Position numbers and translations under genes: made by a program. Positions 1 to 8,934 of a stretch of 64,000 bases of DNA are shown here, piece after piece (position 1 is the first letter of the stretch; every line of letters starts with the position of its first letter). Origin of the DNA: a virus. Where the stretch lies: the IMG/VR virus record IMGVR_UViG_3300023184_004051, positions 32,001-96,000 of that record; one strand, 5' to 3'. The notes under the pieces were generated by a model, which worked only from the letters and a program-made list of their open reading frames with translations, made no database searches and was not told the DNA's origin.

Positions 1-4
1 TCTC

Positions 5-2101
5 GTGTCTAGCGATGGCATCGTGATTGACGGTCACCACAACTGGGCGGCGGCAGTTGCCCTGCACGAAGGCTTGGATAGTCACCCCACACTTCCAATC
101 TACCGAGTGGATATGCCCGCTTCCAAACTCATCCCCATTGCCACAGCGTTTGGTGATGCAAAGGGCAATCCCCGTATGGGAATGGTTCGCAAGGCCGAAC
201 TGCGTCGTGTGCTGAAAAAGGCATACGGCAAGAACGCTCACGGGGCTACCAAGTCTATTTTGGAAATGATTTCAGCCCACGCTCGCAAGCGTGTCAAAAA
301 GTCGTTCAACTACACAAACTTCATCCCCAAAAAGGATGAGCAGTCGTGGGGCAACTTAGGTGAAGGCATCTCCGTTCCAAAACAGGAAGCCGCTAGCCCT
401 GCTGATGACTTGGCGCTCCGAGCCTTGAACCTGCGTGAAAAACAGCGTTATGAAAGCGCCGGATTTATGCACGAGCGAGCCGCAGCGGCATATCGAGCGC
501 AGGCTGAAAAAGCAAGTGATGAAGCCGAACGCACATTGCTAGAGAGCAAGGCGAAAGACCAAGACTACGAAGCCAAAGTTGCACATTTCACTGACCAGAT
601 GGGAGAGGGACACTCCCCCTCCGAGGTCAACAAAGGCGACACACCCGGACATCCTTTCCACGGAAACCAATGGACAGGTGGGAAGGGCGGTGGTGAAATG
701 CCTGACAACATTGCCGTTTTCGCCCGCAACCTCAAAGAGTTCTACGACGCTGGTGGAAAAGTAGAGCGCATTGACAACTACGACAAAATGCAGGAAATCC
801 AAAATCAAGTTCAGGACATTATGAGGAAGCCTGAATACAAGCAAATGGATGCTCGTCACCAACAAGGCATCCGCTTCTTAGCCGAAGCCGCCCTTCACGC
901 CAAAGCCGGTGTCAATAACGCAAATAGTGAAAACTATGGCATTACTTCGTCACACTTGTTCGTTGCTCGCGATAAAGACGGCGAGATGGTATCTGCCGTC
1001 AACATCACCACTCACGAAAGTGGCGTTCGTTTGGGCGACCTCAAAGGCCCTGAAGTTCCACACGCCTCTATTGGCTATCTCGGCTCTACGGGAACGATGC
1101 CGGGTGCGGCAACAGCCCTTATGGAGCAGGCGCTCCAACTTGCCGCTGAAAAGGGCTTGACCGTCACCTACGAGACAACCCCTGACAGCCAGCCATACCA
1201 CGACAAGTTGGGTGTCCAAACGCTCAACTACCGAGGTCTACAAGGGTTTTCACCAGAAAGTGCAGCCGAAGTCGCAGCACTTCCAAATCCAAAACCGACC
1301 ATCATCAAGTCCAAAATCACCAAGGGCGATGTGCCGGGTCATCCGTTTCGTGGTAATCAGTGGGAAACAGGGGAAGGCGGTGGTGAAAACCAACGGTTTG
1401 AGCGATTTCCAACGCCTAACGAGGTAGGCGGAGAAGCCCACTTCAACTACATTTGGACCCGTTCACGCAGTTGGTATCCCAACGAAGGTCAAGACCCCAC
1501 AAAAGCCCTTGTTCCAAGAACACCAACTCACGATGATTTGATGAACGCTGCTAGGCAATGGAAGGGCGACCCAAAAGTTCTACGGGCAATGTTGCCAGAG
1601 ATTGTTGGTGGAATAGGCAACCCACCTTGGGTTTCGTCTGTGCAAGAGGATGACCGTGCCGCCTGTGCCGCATTACTCAACGAAGTCACCACGAACGCCC
1701 AAGAAAGCACCGGAACGCTCTGGCGTGGAATGACCCTTGGTAGTTCCAACTCCACGGTAGAGGAAATAATGCAACGCTTCACGGTTGGCGAAAAAACCGA
1801 TGTTCCAATCTCCGGCTTTAGTGAAAACCGCAACCACTCAATGAGGTTTTCTGTCGGCGGGGCGGGGCGTGAACGACAACCGGGGGTTCCGGTAATGTTT
1901 GCCCTTAGTTCGGGCGCACAAGGACTACCGCTAGACGGCAATCTTTATCGTGGGCAGTATGCCTACGAGAAGGAGTGGGTCGTTGGTGGTGAAATGCGAG
2001 TGGACAAGGTTGAGACAATGGGTTCAGGCAACAAGCAATACATCAAGGTTTCTATGACCCAGACACAACCACTAACAGCACCGGAAGGTGGCTTCCGATG
2101 A
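5..2101 (+). CDS. Polyvalent effector-like protein, probably 5'-truncated by the window: ParB/Srx-like N-terminus, GNAT-like domain, C-terminal ARTC-type ADP-ribosyltransferase; two KGDxPGHPFxGNQW tags
   Basis: IDGHHNWAA (ParB/Srx-like). IGYLGSTG..GAATALMEQAL..SQPYHDKLG (GNAT-like). LWRGM / ISGFS / YEKEWVV (R, SxS, ExE ART motifs). Tags at 632-673 and 1322-1363. Confidence 0.7.
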   Translation: MSSDGIVIDGHHNWAAAVALHEGLDSHPTLPIYRVDMPASKLIPIATAFGDAKGNPRMGMVRKAELRRVLKKAYGKNAHGATKSILEMISAHARKRVKKSFNYTNFIPKKDEQSWGNLGEGISVPKQEAASPADDLALRALNLREKQRYESAGFMHERAAAAYRAQAEKASDEAERTLLESKAKDQDYEAKVAHFTDQMGEGHSPSEVNKGDTPGHPFHGNQWTGGKGGGEMPDNIAVFARNLKEFYDAGGKVERIDNYDKMQEIQNQVQDIMRKPEYKQMDARHQQGIRFLAEAALHAKAGVNNANSENYGITSSHLFVARDKDGEMVSAVNITTHESGVRLGDLKGPEVPHASIGYLGSTGTMPGAATALMEQALQLAAEKGLTVTYETTPDSQPYHDKLGVQTLNYRGLQGFSPESAAEVAALPNPKPTIIKSKITKGDVPGHPFRGNQWETGEGGGENQRFERFPTPNEVGGEAHFNYIWTRSRSWYPNEGQDPTKALVPRTPTHDDLMNAARQWKGDPKVLRAMLPEIVGGIGNPPWVSSVQEDDRAACAALLNEVTTNAQESTGTLWRGMTLGSSNSTVEEIMQRFTVGEKTDVPISGFSENRNHSMRFSVGGAGRERQPGVPVMFALSSGAQGLPLDGNLYRGQYAYEKEWVVGGEMRVDKVETMGSGNKQYIKVSMTQTQPLTAPEGGFR

Positions 2102-3465
2102 ACCTCACCAAGTATTACGAATGGGGCTTTGACGAGCCGTTGTTCCCACGAGACGGCTCAATCACCAAGGGCGACCTTCCCGGACACGTATTCCACGGCA
2201 ATCAGTTCGTTGAGGTCGGTGGCGCTGGCACAACCACTTCAGCACGGAAGCCACGAGCCAAATCCCCCACCATCGCTGGTCTACCGAAGGGCTGGAAACT
2301 GAAGTCCAAGGATGGAAGCCGCATTGTCCTGACTTCCAAAAACGGCAACACGGCCATCTTTGCCACCCGCTCACGGGGTTGGAAGCCTGCTGAAAAGTAT
2401 TCGCAGATGGTTTTGGAAACTATCGAGAACCAAACCTCCGGCAAAACTGTCAACTTCGTTGCTGAAGCAAATGTCGGTAGAGATGCACTTGCTTATGTGA
2501 CAAGCGCAGACCCAAATATCGTAAATATGGGGCGCTACTCGGAGGTTGTCCAAACCCTTGACCATCAGCGTGAGCAGTTTGAGAAGCAAGTGACGAATAC
2601 AGCACTTGTTGGCGCAGACTTGTCGCTGGCGCTGATGGAAATGGCAAAGGGAACGCCTGAGCGTGAGGAACTTATCACCAAGATGGCGGAGTTGTATGAC
2701 CAACAGCCACGCACCGAAGCGATGACGAATAACCTCCACAACTCCTGCGCCTCCTTCGTTTCACCACAGAAAATCATTGAGACAATGGTGGCGCACGAAC
2801 TCGGCCACTCGGACTTCTTTTCCGAGGGTCACAAGATTAGTGAAATCTATCCCGCACTCACCGAAGCGGTGCAAGCGGCGGGGGTAGCAAATCGTTGGGC
2901 TATCTCTGGTAGTTATGCTCGTTTCACCGATGCAAGTGCGTGGGAGGCTAGCCAACGGGATGCTTACGCGGAAGTCCTCAGGGGAACACCAAGAAAATAC
3001 ACAGGCTTTGATGTGGGCAACGGGGTCGTTGTTAGCCGTGCTGATTACATTGACTACCGGATGAAGGAGGGGAGCGGAAGTTATCCTGTGAGCGTTTCCA
3101 CCCAAAAAGTATTGCGTGAGATTGGCGTGACGACTTACGGTTCCACCAAACTCCAAGAGGTTGTTGCCGAAGCACGAGCGATGTATTCCGTGCCACAACT
3201 TCCAAAATCAGCCCTGACGATGCGGATTGCCGGAATACTTGGTTGGGATAAGACAAACAAATCTGCTAAACTGTGGTTTATGAAGTCTGAGGATGACCTT
3301 CCACCTGTGAGCGCCAACGAATATTTGGACAAAGACGGCAACTTGATTGCTCGCGTCTTTGACAATGTTGATACCTCGGGCGTTGCCATCACCATCGTCG
3401 GGACAGTCGTGTTCCTGCCTGATGGCACGACGATGAGCCTTGCTGATTACAACGCAACTCACTAA
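2098..3465 (+). CDS. Zincin-like metallopeptidase-domain protein with N-terminal KGDLPGHVFHGNQF tag
   Basis: VAHELGHSDF (HExxH) with distal QEVVAEA. Tag at 2167-2208. ATGA overlap with the upstream ORF. Confidence 0.65.
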   Translation: MNLTKYYEWGFDEPLFPRDGSITKGDLPGHVFHGNQFVEVGGAGTTTSARKPRAKSPTIAGLPKGWKLKSKDGSRIVLTSKNGNTAIFATRSRGWKPAEKYSQMVLETIENQTSGKTVNFVAEANVGRDALAYVTSADPNIVNMGRYSEVVQTLDHQREQFEKQVTNTALVGADLSLALMEMAKGTPEREELITKMAELYDQQPRTEAMTNNLHNSCASFVSPQKIIETMVAHELGHSDFFSEGHKISEIYPALTEAVQAAGVANRWAISGSYARFTDASAWEASQRDAYAEVLRGTPRKYTGFDVGNGVVVSRADYIDYRMKEGSGSYPVSVSTQKVLREIGVTTYGSTKLQEVVAEARAMYSVPQLPKSALTMRIAGILGWDKTNKSAKLWFMKSEDDLPPVSANEYLDKDGNLIARVFDNVDTSGVAITIVGTVVFLPDGTTMSLADYNATH

Positions 3466-3680
3466 CCCCTAAACCGCTACGGGCGTTCACAAAGCCCCCG
3501 CAAGTGCCATTTCACTAGGGAAAACACGCCACCCGTGTTCCAAAGTTGCCATCGAACAATCGTTCGGGTAAAGTATTCCAACCCCCAATGGCTACCCAAA
3601 GGAGGCGTTGTGCTTCACAACACCACTAACAGCAACGGCTACCAAGCCGCCAATGAAGTGAGCAGGGTTGAAATAGAGCC

Positions 3681-4295
3681 TTGTGTGTCCTATCCCTCGT
3701 CAAAGGCAGGCGCGTGGTAGTTGCGGTGCGAGGAATGGCTCTCGCACTCACAGTCTCGCTCTGCATTTTGCTATCGGGAGGAAGTCAGGTTTCACCACCC
3801 GCTTCCGCCACGCCCGAAAACTGCAATCACGGATGTAGTTGGACAATCAACGGTTTGACCTACAAGGTTCCAAACCGAACCTTCAACATCAGGCCGACGA
3901 CGACAACGACAACTCCCCCCATCACCACTACAACGGTTCCACCTGTCACGACAACGACAGTGAAACCGTATGTCGCCCCTCCGGTTGTTCCAAAAGTCAC
4001 TACAACGACTGTCGCCCCAAGCCCCATCAACGGTAATCCCTATGGGGTCACGGCTGCTGATGTGGCTGCGTGGACACGAGTTGCCATTTGTGAGGAAGGT
4101 GGCAACTGGCACATTCGTGGTGGAATGTACTCAGGCGGTCTTGGCATCAGCAACTACAACTGGTCGTATTACTCACGAGGTATGGGCGTTCCTGCCAACG
4201 CTGCTGATGCAACGCCAATCCAACAGATTGCGGTTGCTAAAAAAATCAACGCTGGGTATCAGGTTCCCGACCAATACGGGTGCGCCGCTTGGTGA
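3681..4295 (+). CDS. Secreted Rpf-like (resuscitation-promoting factor) lytic transglycosylase; true start probably 3714-3735
   Basis: Hydrophobic signal-like N-terminus, Thr/Pro linker, WTRVAICEEGGNW..YSGGLGI..W..ADATPIQQIAVA Rpf signature. Confidence 0.8.
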   Translation: MCVLSLVKGRRVVVAVRGMALALTVSLCILLSGGSQVSPPASATPENCNHGCSWTINGLTYKVPNRTFNIRPTTTTTTPPITTTTVPPVTTTTVKPYVAPPVVPKVTTTTVAPSPINGNPYGVTAADVAAWTRVAICEEGGNWHIRGGMYSGGLGISNYNWSYYSRGMGVPANAADATPIQQIAVAKKINAGYQVPDQYGCAAW

Positions 4296-4348
4296 AAAGT
4301 AGACCATAGGCACGGCATCCAAAACCGTGTCTATGGTACTCTTTCGCT

Positions 4349-6493
4349 GTGCTGAAACCGACAACGGATTTGACCGCCGTAAGCCTCTTTGCAGGGGTTG
4401 GCGGGTTTGACTTGGCATTAGAGCGACAAGGCGTAAAAGTCGTCGCTGCGGTGGAAATAGACAAGAACGCCAGAGGGGTTCTTGCACACCGTTTTCCAAA
4501 CAGCACGCTCTTTCCCGATGTCACGGAGGTCACAGGTGAGCAACTTATTTCAGCAGGATTTGTTCCCGAACGAGGCATCCTCACCGGAGGCTTCCCCTGC
4601 CAAGACCTCAGCGTTGCTGGAAAACGGGCCGGTTTGGCTGGCAAGCGTTCTGGCCTCTTTTGGGAAATCGCTCGCCTCATTGACGAACTCACGCCGCAAT
4701 ACTTCATCCTCGAAAATGTCCCCGGTCTTTTGTCATCTAACAGAGGACAAGACTTTGGAGCCGTTCTCGGGGCGCTGGTTGAGCGCGGGTACGGGGTCAC
4801 CTACCGAGTTTTGGATGCTCAATACTTTGGAGTCCCCCAACGCCGCCGTCGAGTGTTCATTGTCGGAAGTTTTGGAGATACCGGGGCCACAACTAGTGAA
4901 ATACTCGCTCTCTCCGAGGGCTTGTCAGGGTATCTTGAACAGAGCATCAAGAAGGAACAAGAAACTTCCACCACTCCTAAACGCCGCACTAGAAGCGGTG
5001 GCGCAGAAGGAAGCGTGACTTCACCACAAACGCTGGCATTTGACACGCAGTTTGGGTCTAACGCAAATGTGTTTGAGGACATTTCACCAACCCTGAAGGC
5101 TTCGCAGGCAGCGCCAAGTTTCACCGAAGTCGGTATGGAGCCGATTTTCTTTGACAGCGCCACTCACGGGGATGGCGCTCGTATTGCTGAAAAGACCATT
5201 CCAACTTTGACTTCCCGTATGGGAACGGGCGGGAATAACACCCCCCTTGTCGCCTACGCCGACCCAATCATCGGCATTGACCAAGAACTCAATGCCCGTG
5301 AGAACATCATTGGCTCGCTCGTCGCCGGTGCAAATAGCGGAACGCAAATACAGGCAGTTGCCTACTCGGTGCGTGAGGATGCACAGAGCAACACTTTCAG
5401 CGCAACCGAACTCTCGGCAGTCAACGCCTTGCAAGCCCACCAACCATCACCACAAAGTCATCACGCTCAAACCTTCATCGTGGAAGTCGAGCCGACGATT
5501 TTTCCAATCCAAGATGGTCGAGAGATGAACCACCAGCAGAACGGCATCGGCGTGGGTAGTGAAAACGACCCCGCCTACACCCTCCTTGCCACAGGCGGTC
5601 AAAGCATCGCAACAGTTTCGCCCGCAATCACCTCAACCGTTCGTCGCCTCACTCCAAAGGAGTGTGAGCGGCTTCAAGGATTTCCCACCGTAGAAAACAT
5701 TGGTATTATTGAGTGGTGTTCAGACCCTCTAAAGAACTATGTGGATGCGGAAAACCAAAATCCCAAGTCGCCATCACCTGCTTTGAGTGTCGCAAACGAA
5801 CAGCCGAGCGAGACTGCGAAATCTGCGGAAAACATTTCACCTACAAACGCTCATCAAACCGCCGAACCTGCTCTGGTCAATGTGGAAGTCAACTGCGAGG
5901 GCGAAATGCTGGAAATACACAGTCAAGGAAAGTTGATATTGTCTGTGAATACTGCGGAGAAGTCAAGCAGGTCAGCCCATCCTCTGCTAAACGCAGATTT
6001 TGTTCCACGGCTTGTGCTTACATTGCAAACTCTGGGTCTAATAACGCTCAATGGCAAGGTGGCATCACCAACGAGCGAGACAAGTTTGACAACAGTAAAG
6101 AGTGGCGTGCCGTTCGTAAGGCTGTCTGGCAACGAGATGACGCTACTTGCCAAAGATGTCGTATCCGATTTGACCATACAACACCCACCTACCACACCCA
6201 CCACATTGTTCCTTTCGGACACGAACCACTTAGAACAGAACTTACAAACCTTGTGTTGCTCTGTAATCCCTGCCATCATTGGGTTCACTCAAACGCCAAC
6301 CAACGGGGTGACTACTTACAGGTTCCACCTACGGGCGAAGCAACCGTGGACAGAGTTCCGCATTGACGAAAAGAAGGGTTTGATTTCACAAGCCGACGCT
6401 CCCCGCTACAAGCAAATGGGAAATGCCGTTGCTGTTCCCTGTGTCGAATGGATTGTGAAGCGGCTCGTTGAGATTGACAGGGCTACGAGGTGA
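4349..6493 (+). CDS. DNA (cytosine-5) methyltransferase with ~220-codon in-frame insertion between motifs IX and X
   Basis: SLFAGVGG, GGFPCQDLS, ENVPG, QRRRRVF, RRLTPKECERLQGFP ... YKQMGNAVAVP. Confidence 0.9.
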   Translation: MLKPTTDLTAVSLFAGVGGFDLALERQGVKVVAAVEIDKNARGVLAHRFPNSTLFPDVTEVTGEQLISAGFVPERGILTGGFPCQDLSVAGKRAGLAGKRSGLFWEIARLIDELTPQYFILENVPGLLSSNRGQDFGAVLGALVERGYGVTYRVLDAQYFGVPQRRRRVFIVGSFGDTGATTSEILALSEGLSGYLEQSIKKEQETSTTPKRRTRSGGAEGSVTSPQTLAFDTQFGSNANVFEDISPTLKASQAAPSFTEVGMEPIFFDSATHGDGARIAEKTIPTLTSRMGTGGNNTPLVAYADPIIGIDQELNARENIIGSLVAGANSGTQIQAVAYSVREDAQSNTFSATELSAVNALQAHQPSPQSHHAQTFIVEVEPTIFPIQDGREMNHQQNGIGVGSENDPAYTLLATGGQSIATVSPAITSTVRRLTPKECERLQGFPTVENIGIIEWCSDPLKNYVDAENQNPKSPSPALSVANEQPSETAKSAENISPTNAHQTAEPALVNVEVNCEGEMLEIHSQGKLILSVNTAEKSSRSAHPLLNADFVPRLVLTLQTLGLITLNGKVASPTSETSLTTVKSGVPFVRLSGNEMTLLAKDVVSDLTIQHPPTTPTTLFLSDTNHLEQNLQTLCCSVIPAIIGFTQTPTNGVTTYRFHLRAKQPWTEFRIDEKKGLISQADAPRYKQMGNAVAVPCVEWIVKRLVEIDRATR
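4482..5018 (+). CDS. Overprinted alternative-frame polypeptide inside the C5 MTase gene (M.EcoHK31I beta-subunit-like)
   Basis: 178-codon open frame fully nested in the MTase gene. C-terminus SLSEVLE..KYSLSPRACQGILNRASRRNKKLPPLL resembles the nested beta polypeptides of this MTase class (recalled, not searched). Confidence 0.65.
   Translation: MHTVFQTARSFPMSRRSQVSNLFQQDLFPNEASSPEASPAKTSALLENGPVWLASVLASFGKSLASLTNSRRNTSSSKMSPVFCHLTEDKTLEPFSGRWLSAGTGSPTEFWMLNTLESPNAAVECSLSEVLEIPGPQLVKYSLSPRACQGILNRASRRNKKLPPLLNAALEAVAQKEA
5713..6366 (+). CDS. HNH homing endonuclease with N-terminal zinc-finger repeats, nested in another frame of the MTase gene
   Basis: Multiple CxxC/CSxxC motifs, NNAQWQGG, WRAVRKAVWQRDDATCQRC..HHIVP..NLVLLCNPCHHWVH. 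Confidence 0.85.
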   Translation: MVFRPSKELCGCGKPKSQVAITCFECRKRTAERDCEICGKHFTYKRSSNRRTCSGQCGSQLRGRNAGNTQSRKVDIVCEYCGEVKQVSPSSAKRRFCSTACAYIANSGSNNAQWQGGITNERDKFDNSKEWRAVRKAVWQRDDATCQRCRIRFDHTTPTYHTHHIVPFGHEPLRTELTNLVLLCNPCHHWVHSNANQRGDYLQVPPTGEATVDRVPH

Positions 6494-7497
6494 AATCAAC
6501 CATCCTTCTAGGCGATGTTCGGAAGCGCCTTTTGGAAATCCCTGACGAGACAATCCAAACCGTAATCACCTCCCCGCCTTACTTTGGCTTACGGGACTAT
6601 GGGGTAGACGGTCAGATAGGTTTGGAAAAATCACCTGAGGACTTCGTGGATGCACTTGTTGAGTTGTTCCGTGAAGTCCGCCGTGTGCTGAAATCTGATG
6701 GAACAGTCTGGCTCAACTTGGGCGACAGTTATTGGGGCGGTAAGGGTCAGTCTGCGAATGGCGGTGCTGAACACCAAGCGGAGAGAGCGAAGCGTGGCGC
6801 AAGCCTCAACCAAGCGCATCAAACGCTCGGTGGTAAAAACCAAACCCGACCAACCGACGGGAAACACCACACCATCAAGCCCAAAGACCTCATCGGCATC
6901 CCGTGGCGTGTCGCTTTTGCCCTACAGGATGACGGCTGGTATTTGCGCTCAGACATCATTTGGTCAAAACCGAACCCAATGCCTGAAGCAATGAAAGACC
7001 GGCCTACAAAGGCTCACGAGTATCTGTTCTTGCTTTCCAAATCACCAAAGTATTACTACGACCACAATGCCATCAGAGAACCGCTTAGTGAGGCCACAAA
7101 AAAGCGTGACCTTGCCCCAAGGGGGCGCTCCCAAAATGGAGGCGGTAGTGAAAAGAGTATGGCTGGATATTCTTACACACCCGAACTTGGAAATATGACG
7201 AGCAACCCACTAGGGCGCAACCGCCGTTCGGTTTGGAGCATCAACACAAAACCATTCAAGGGCGCTCACTTTGCGGTAATGCCCGAAGCCCTTGTAGAGC
7301 CGTGTGTCCTTGCCGGTTCAGCACAGGGGGACACAGTTCTTGACCCCTTTATGGGAAGCGGAACGGTTGCTGTTGTGGCGAACCGTTTTGGAAGGAACTT
7401 CGTGGGAACCGAACTCAACCCTGCATATGCTGAAATCGCCAAGACGAGGATTGTGGATGCAGCCCCCTTACTCAATGAGGTGAACATCGTTGACTAA
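6490..7497 (+). CDS. DNA amino-methyltransferase (N4-C/N6-A, beta class)
   Basis: TSPPY, IIWSKPNPMPE, HFAVMP, VLDPFMGSGT. Confidence 0.9.
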   Translation: MKSTILLGDVRKRLLEIPDETIQTVITSPPYFGLRDYGVDGQIGLEKSPEDFVDALVELFREVRRVLKSDGTVWLNLGDSYWGGKGQSANGGAEHQAERAKRGASLNQAHQTLGGKNQTRPTDGKHHTIKPKDLIGIPWRVAFALQDDGWYLRSDIIWSKPNPMPEAMKDRPTKAHEYLFLLSKSPKYYYDHNAIREPLSEATKKRDLAPRGRSQNGGGSEKSMAGYSYTPELGNMTSNPLGRNRRSVWSINTKPFKGAHFAVMPEALVEPCVLAGSAQGDTVLDPFMGSGTVAVVANRFGRNFVGTELNPAYAEIAKTRIVDAAPLLNEVNIVD

Positions 7498-8593
7498 TGC
7501 CCGTATCCTCATTGGCGATGCCCGCAAGCGTCTTGCTGAAATCCCTGATGGCTCAGTTCGTTGCGCCGTGACTTCACCACCCTATTTTGGATTGCGTGAC
7601 TACGGGACTTCAGATTACGAAGGTGGCGACCCGAACTGCGAACACACGATTTCAGCGACAGATGCGGATGGGAAAGCGGTCTTTGCCGAGCGTGTGACCC
7701 GTGGTGATAGGTCTGCTTGCCTGAAGTGTGGGGCTACCCGTGTTGACAGCCAAATGGGTTTGGAACAAACTCCTGCCGCCTATGTTAGTGAAATGGTTGG
7801 CTTGTTCCGTGAGGTCAAGCGTGTTCTTGCTGATGACGGAACCCTGTGGCTCAACCTCGGAGACTCCTATGCGGGAGGTGGTGGTGGAAACTACAACAAG
7901 ACCGGCATCTCCCAAGCGGGCGGTCAGCACATCGCCAATGTCCGCAATCGCCCAGATTGGTTGCAAAACGCTGGTGTAAAGCCGAAGGACTTGATGGGTG
8001 TTCCTTGGCGAGTGGCTCTCGGATTACAGCAAGACGGTTGGTACCTCCGCAGCGACATCATTTGGCACAAGCCCAATCCGATGCCTGAGAGCGTCACCGA
8101 CAGGCCGACCAAAGCCCACGAGTATGTCTTTCTCCTTTCCAAATCACCTAAATACTTCTACGACTACGAAGCGGTCAAAGAGGATGGCGTGATGCCCGCC
8201 GGATACAAAGCGGCAAAGGGAAGTGCTGAAAGGTATGGGATGGAGGGCGTGAACGCTCGACCACCGGAATACAAGGTCTATGACGGGAAGCGGAACCGCA
8301 GGTCGGTTTGGACAATAAACACCAAGCCGTTCAAGGGAGCGCATTTTGCCGTGATGCCAGAGGCGTTGGTGGAACCGTGCGTCTTGGCAGGCTCGGAAAT
8401 CGGGGATACGGTGCTTGACCCTTTCACCGGAAGTGGGACTGTAGCCGTCGTAGCAATGCGTTTTGGAAGGCACTTCATCGGCACAGAACTGAACCCTGAG
8501 TATGGTGAAATCGCTCGCACACGGATTGAGGGCGACCAACCTCTAATGAACAATGTTGTTTTGGACTTCAGCACAAAGGCGACAAATGACTGA
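7490..8593 (+). CDS. Second DNA amino-methyltransferase (beta class), paralog of the upstream gene
   Basis: TSPPY, IIWHKPNPMPE, VLDPFTGSGT, extra C..CxxC insert after motif IV. Confidence 0.9.
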   Translation: MTNARILIGDARKRLAEIPDGSVRCAVTSPPYFGLRDYGTSDYEGGDPNCEHTISATDADGKAVFAERVTRGDRSACLKCGATRVDSQMGLEQTPAAYVSEMVGLFREVKRVLADDGTLWLNLGDSYAGGGGGNYNKTGISQAGGQHIANVRNRPDWLQNAGVKPKDLMGVPWRVALGLQQDGWYLRSDIIWHKPNPMPESVTDRPTKAHEYVFLLSKSPKYFYDYEAVKEDGVMPAGYKAAKGSAERYGMEGVNARPPEYKVYDGKRNRRSVWTINTKPFKGAHFAVMPEALVEPCVLAGSEIGDTVLDPFTGSGTVAVVAMRFGRHFIGTELNPEYGEIARTRIEGDQPLMNNVVLDFSTKATND

Positions 8594-8771
8594 ACTCAAC
8601 GAAGGCGAGAAGCGGCTGGTTGGTTTGGAAGTAGGCCCACAGTTCAGCGCAAAAATCTATGAGGAAGTTGACTATTCCTTCCACATTGTTTTCACTAGCG
8701 ACGACTTTGCTAGCCTTGCCGAAGCCCAAGGCTTCATTGAGCGTGTGGCGAAAGGATTACGGAATGTCTAA
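8586..8771 (+). CDS. Hypothetical protein
   Basis: ATG overlapping the MTase end; tightly packed with neighbours. Confidence 0.55.
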   Translation: MTELNEGEKRLVGLEVGPQFSAKIYEEVDYSFHIVFTSDDFASLAEAQGFIERVAKGLRNV

Positions 8772-8934
8772 GTGTGCGAACACCAAACACAAATGGATTG
8801 TGATGACGATGGCGGGGAATGGGAACAAGGTCTTTATCACCTGTAGCCTCTGCCCAGAGCGGTTCCCGTTTGGCGTTGAGCAGAATGGCGTTCGTTTCAC
8901 CGGAAAACTCCCACAGAAATACTTGGTTGACTGA
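8764..8934 (+). CDS. Small Cys/His (zinc-ribbon-like) protein
   Basis: MSKCANTKHKW..CSLC; overlaps both neighbours. Confidence 0.55.
   Translation: MSKCANTKHKWIVMTMAGNGNKVFITCSLCPERFPFGVEQNGVRFTGKLPQKYLVD

Noticed and set aside
3466-3720. c-di-AMP (ydaO) riboswitch upstream of the Rpf-like gene
   Set aside because: I could not find the conserved sequence blocks; an Infernal scan would be needed.
5687-6346. Intein in the C5 MTase
   Set aside because: The insert lacks Cys/Ser1 with block A and the terminal His-Asn + nucleophile, and the nuclease is in a different frame.
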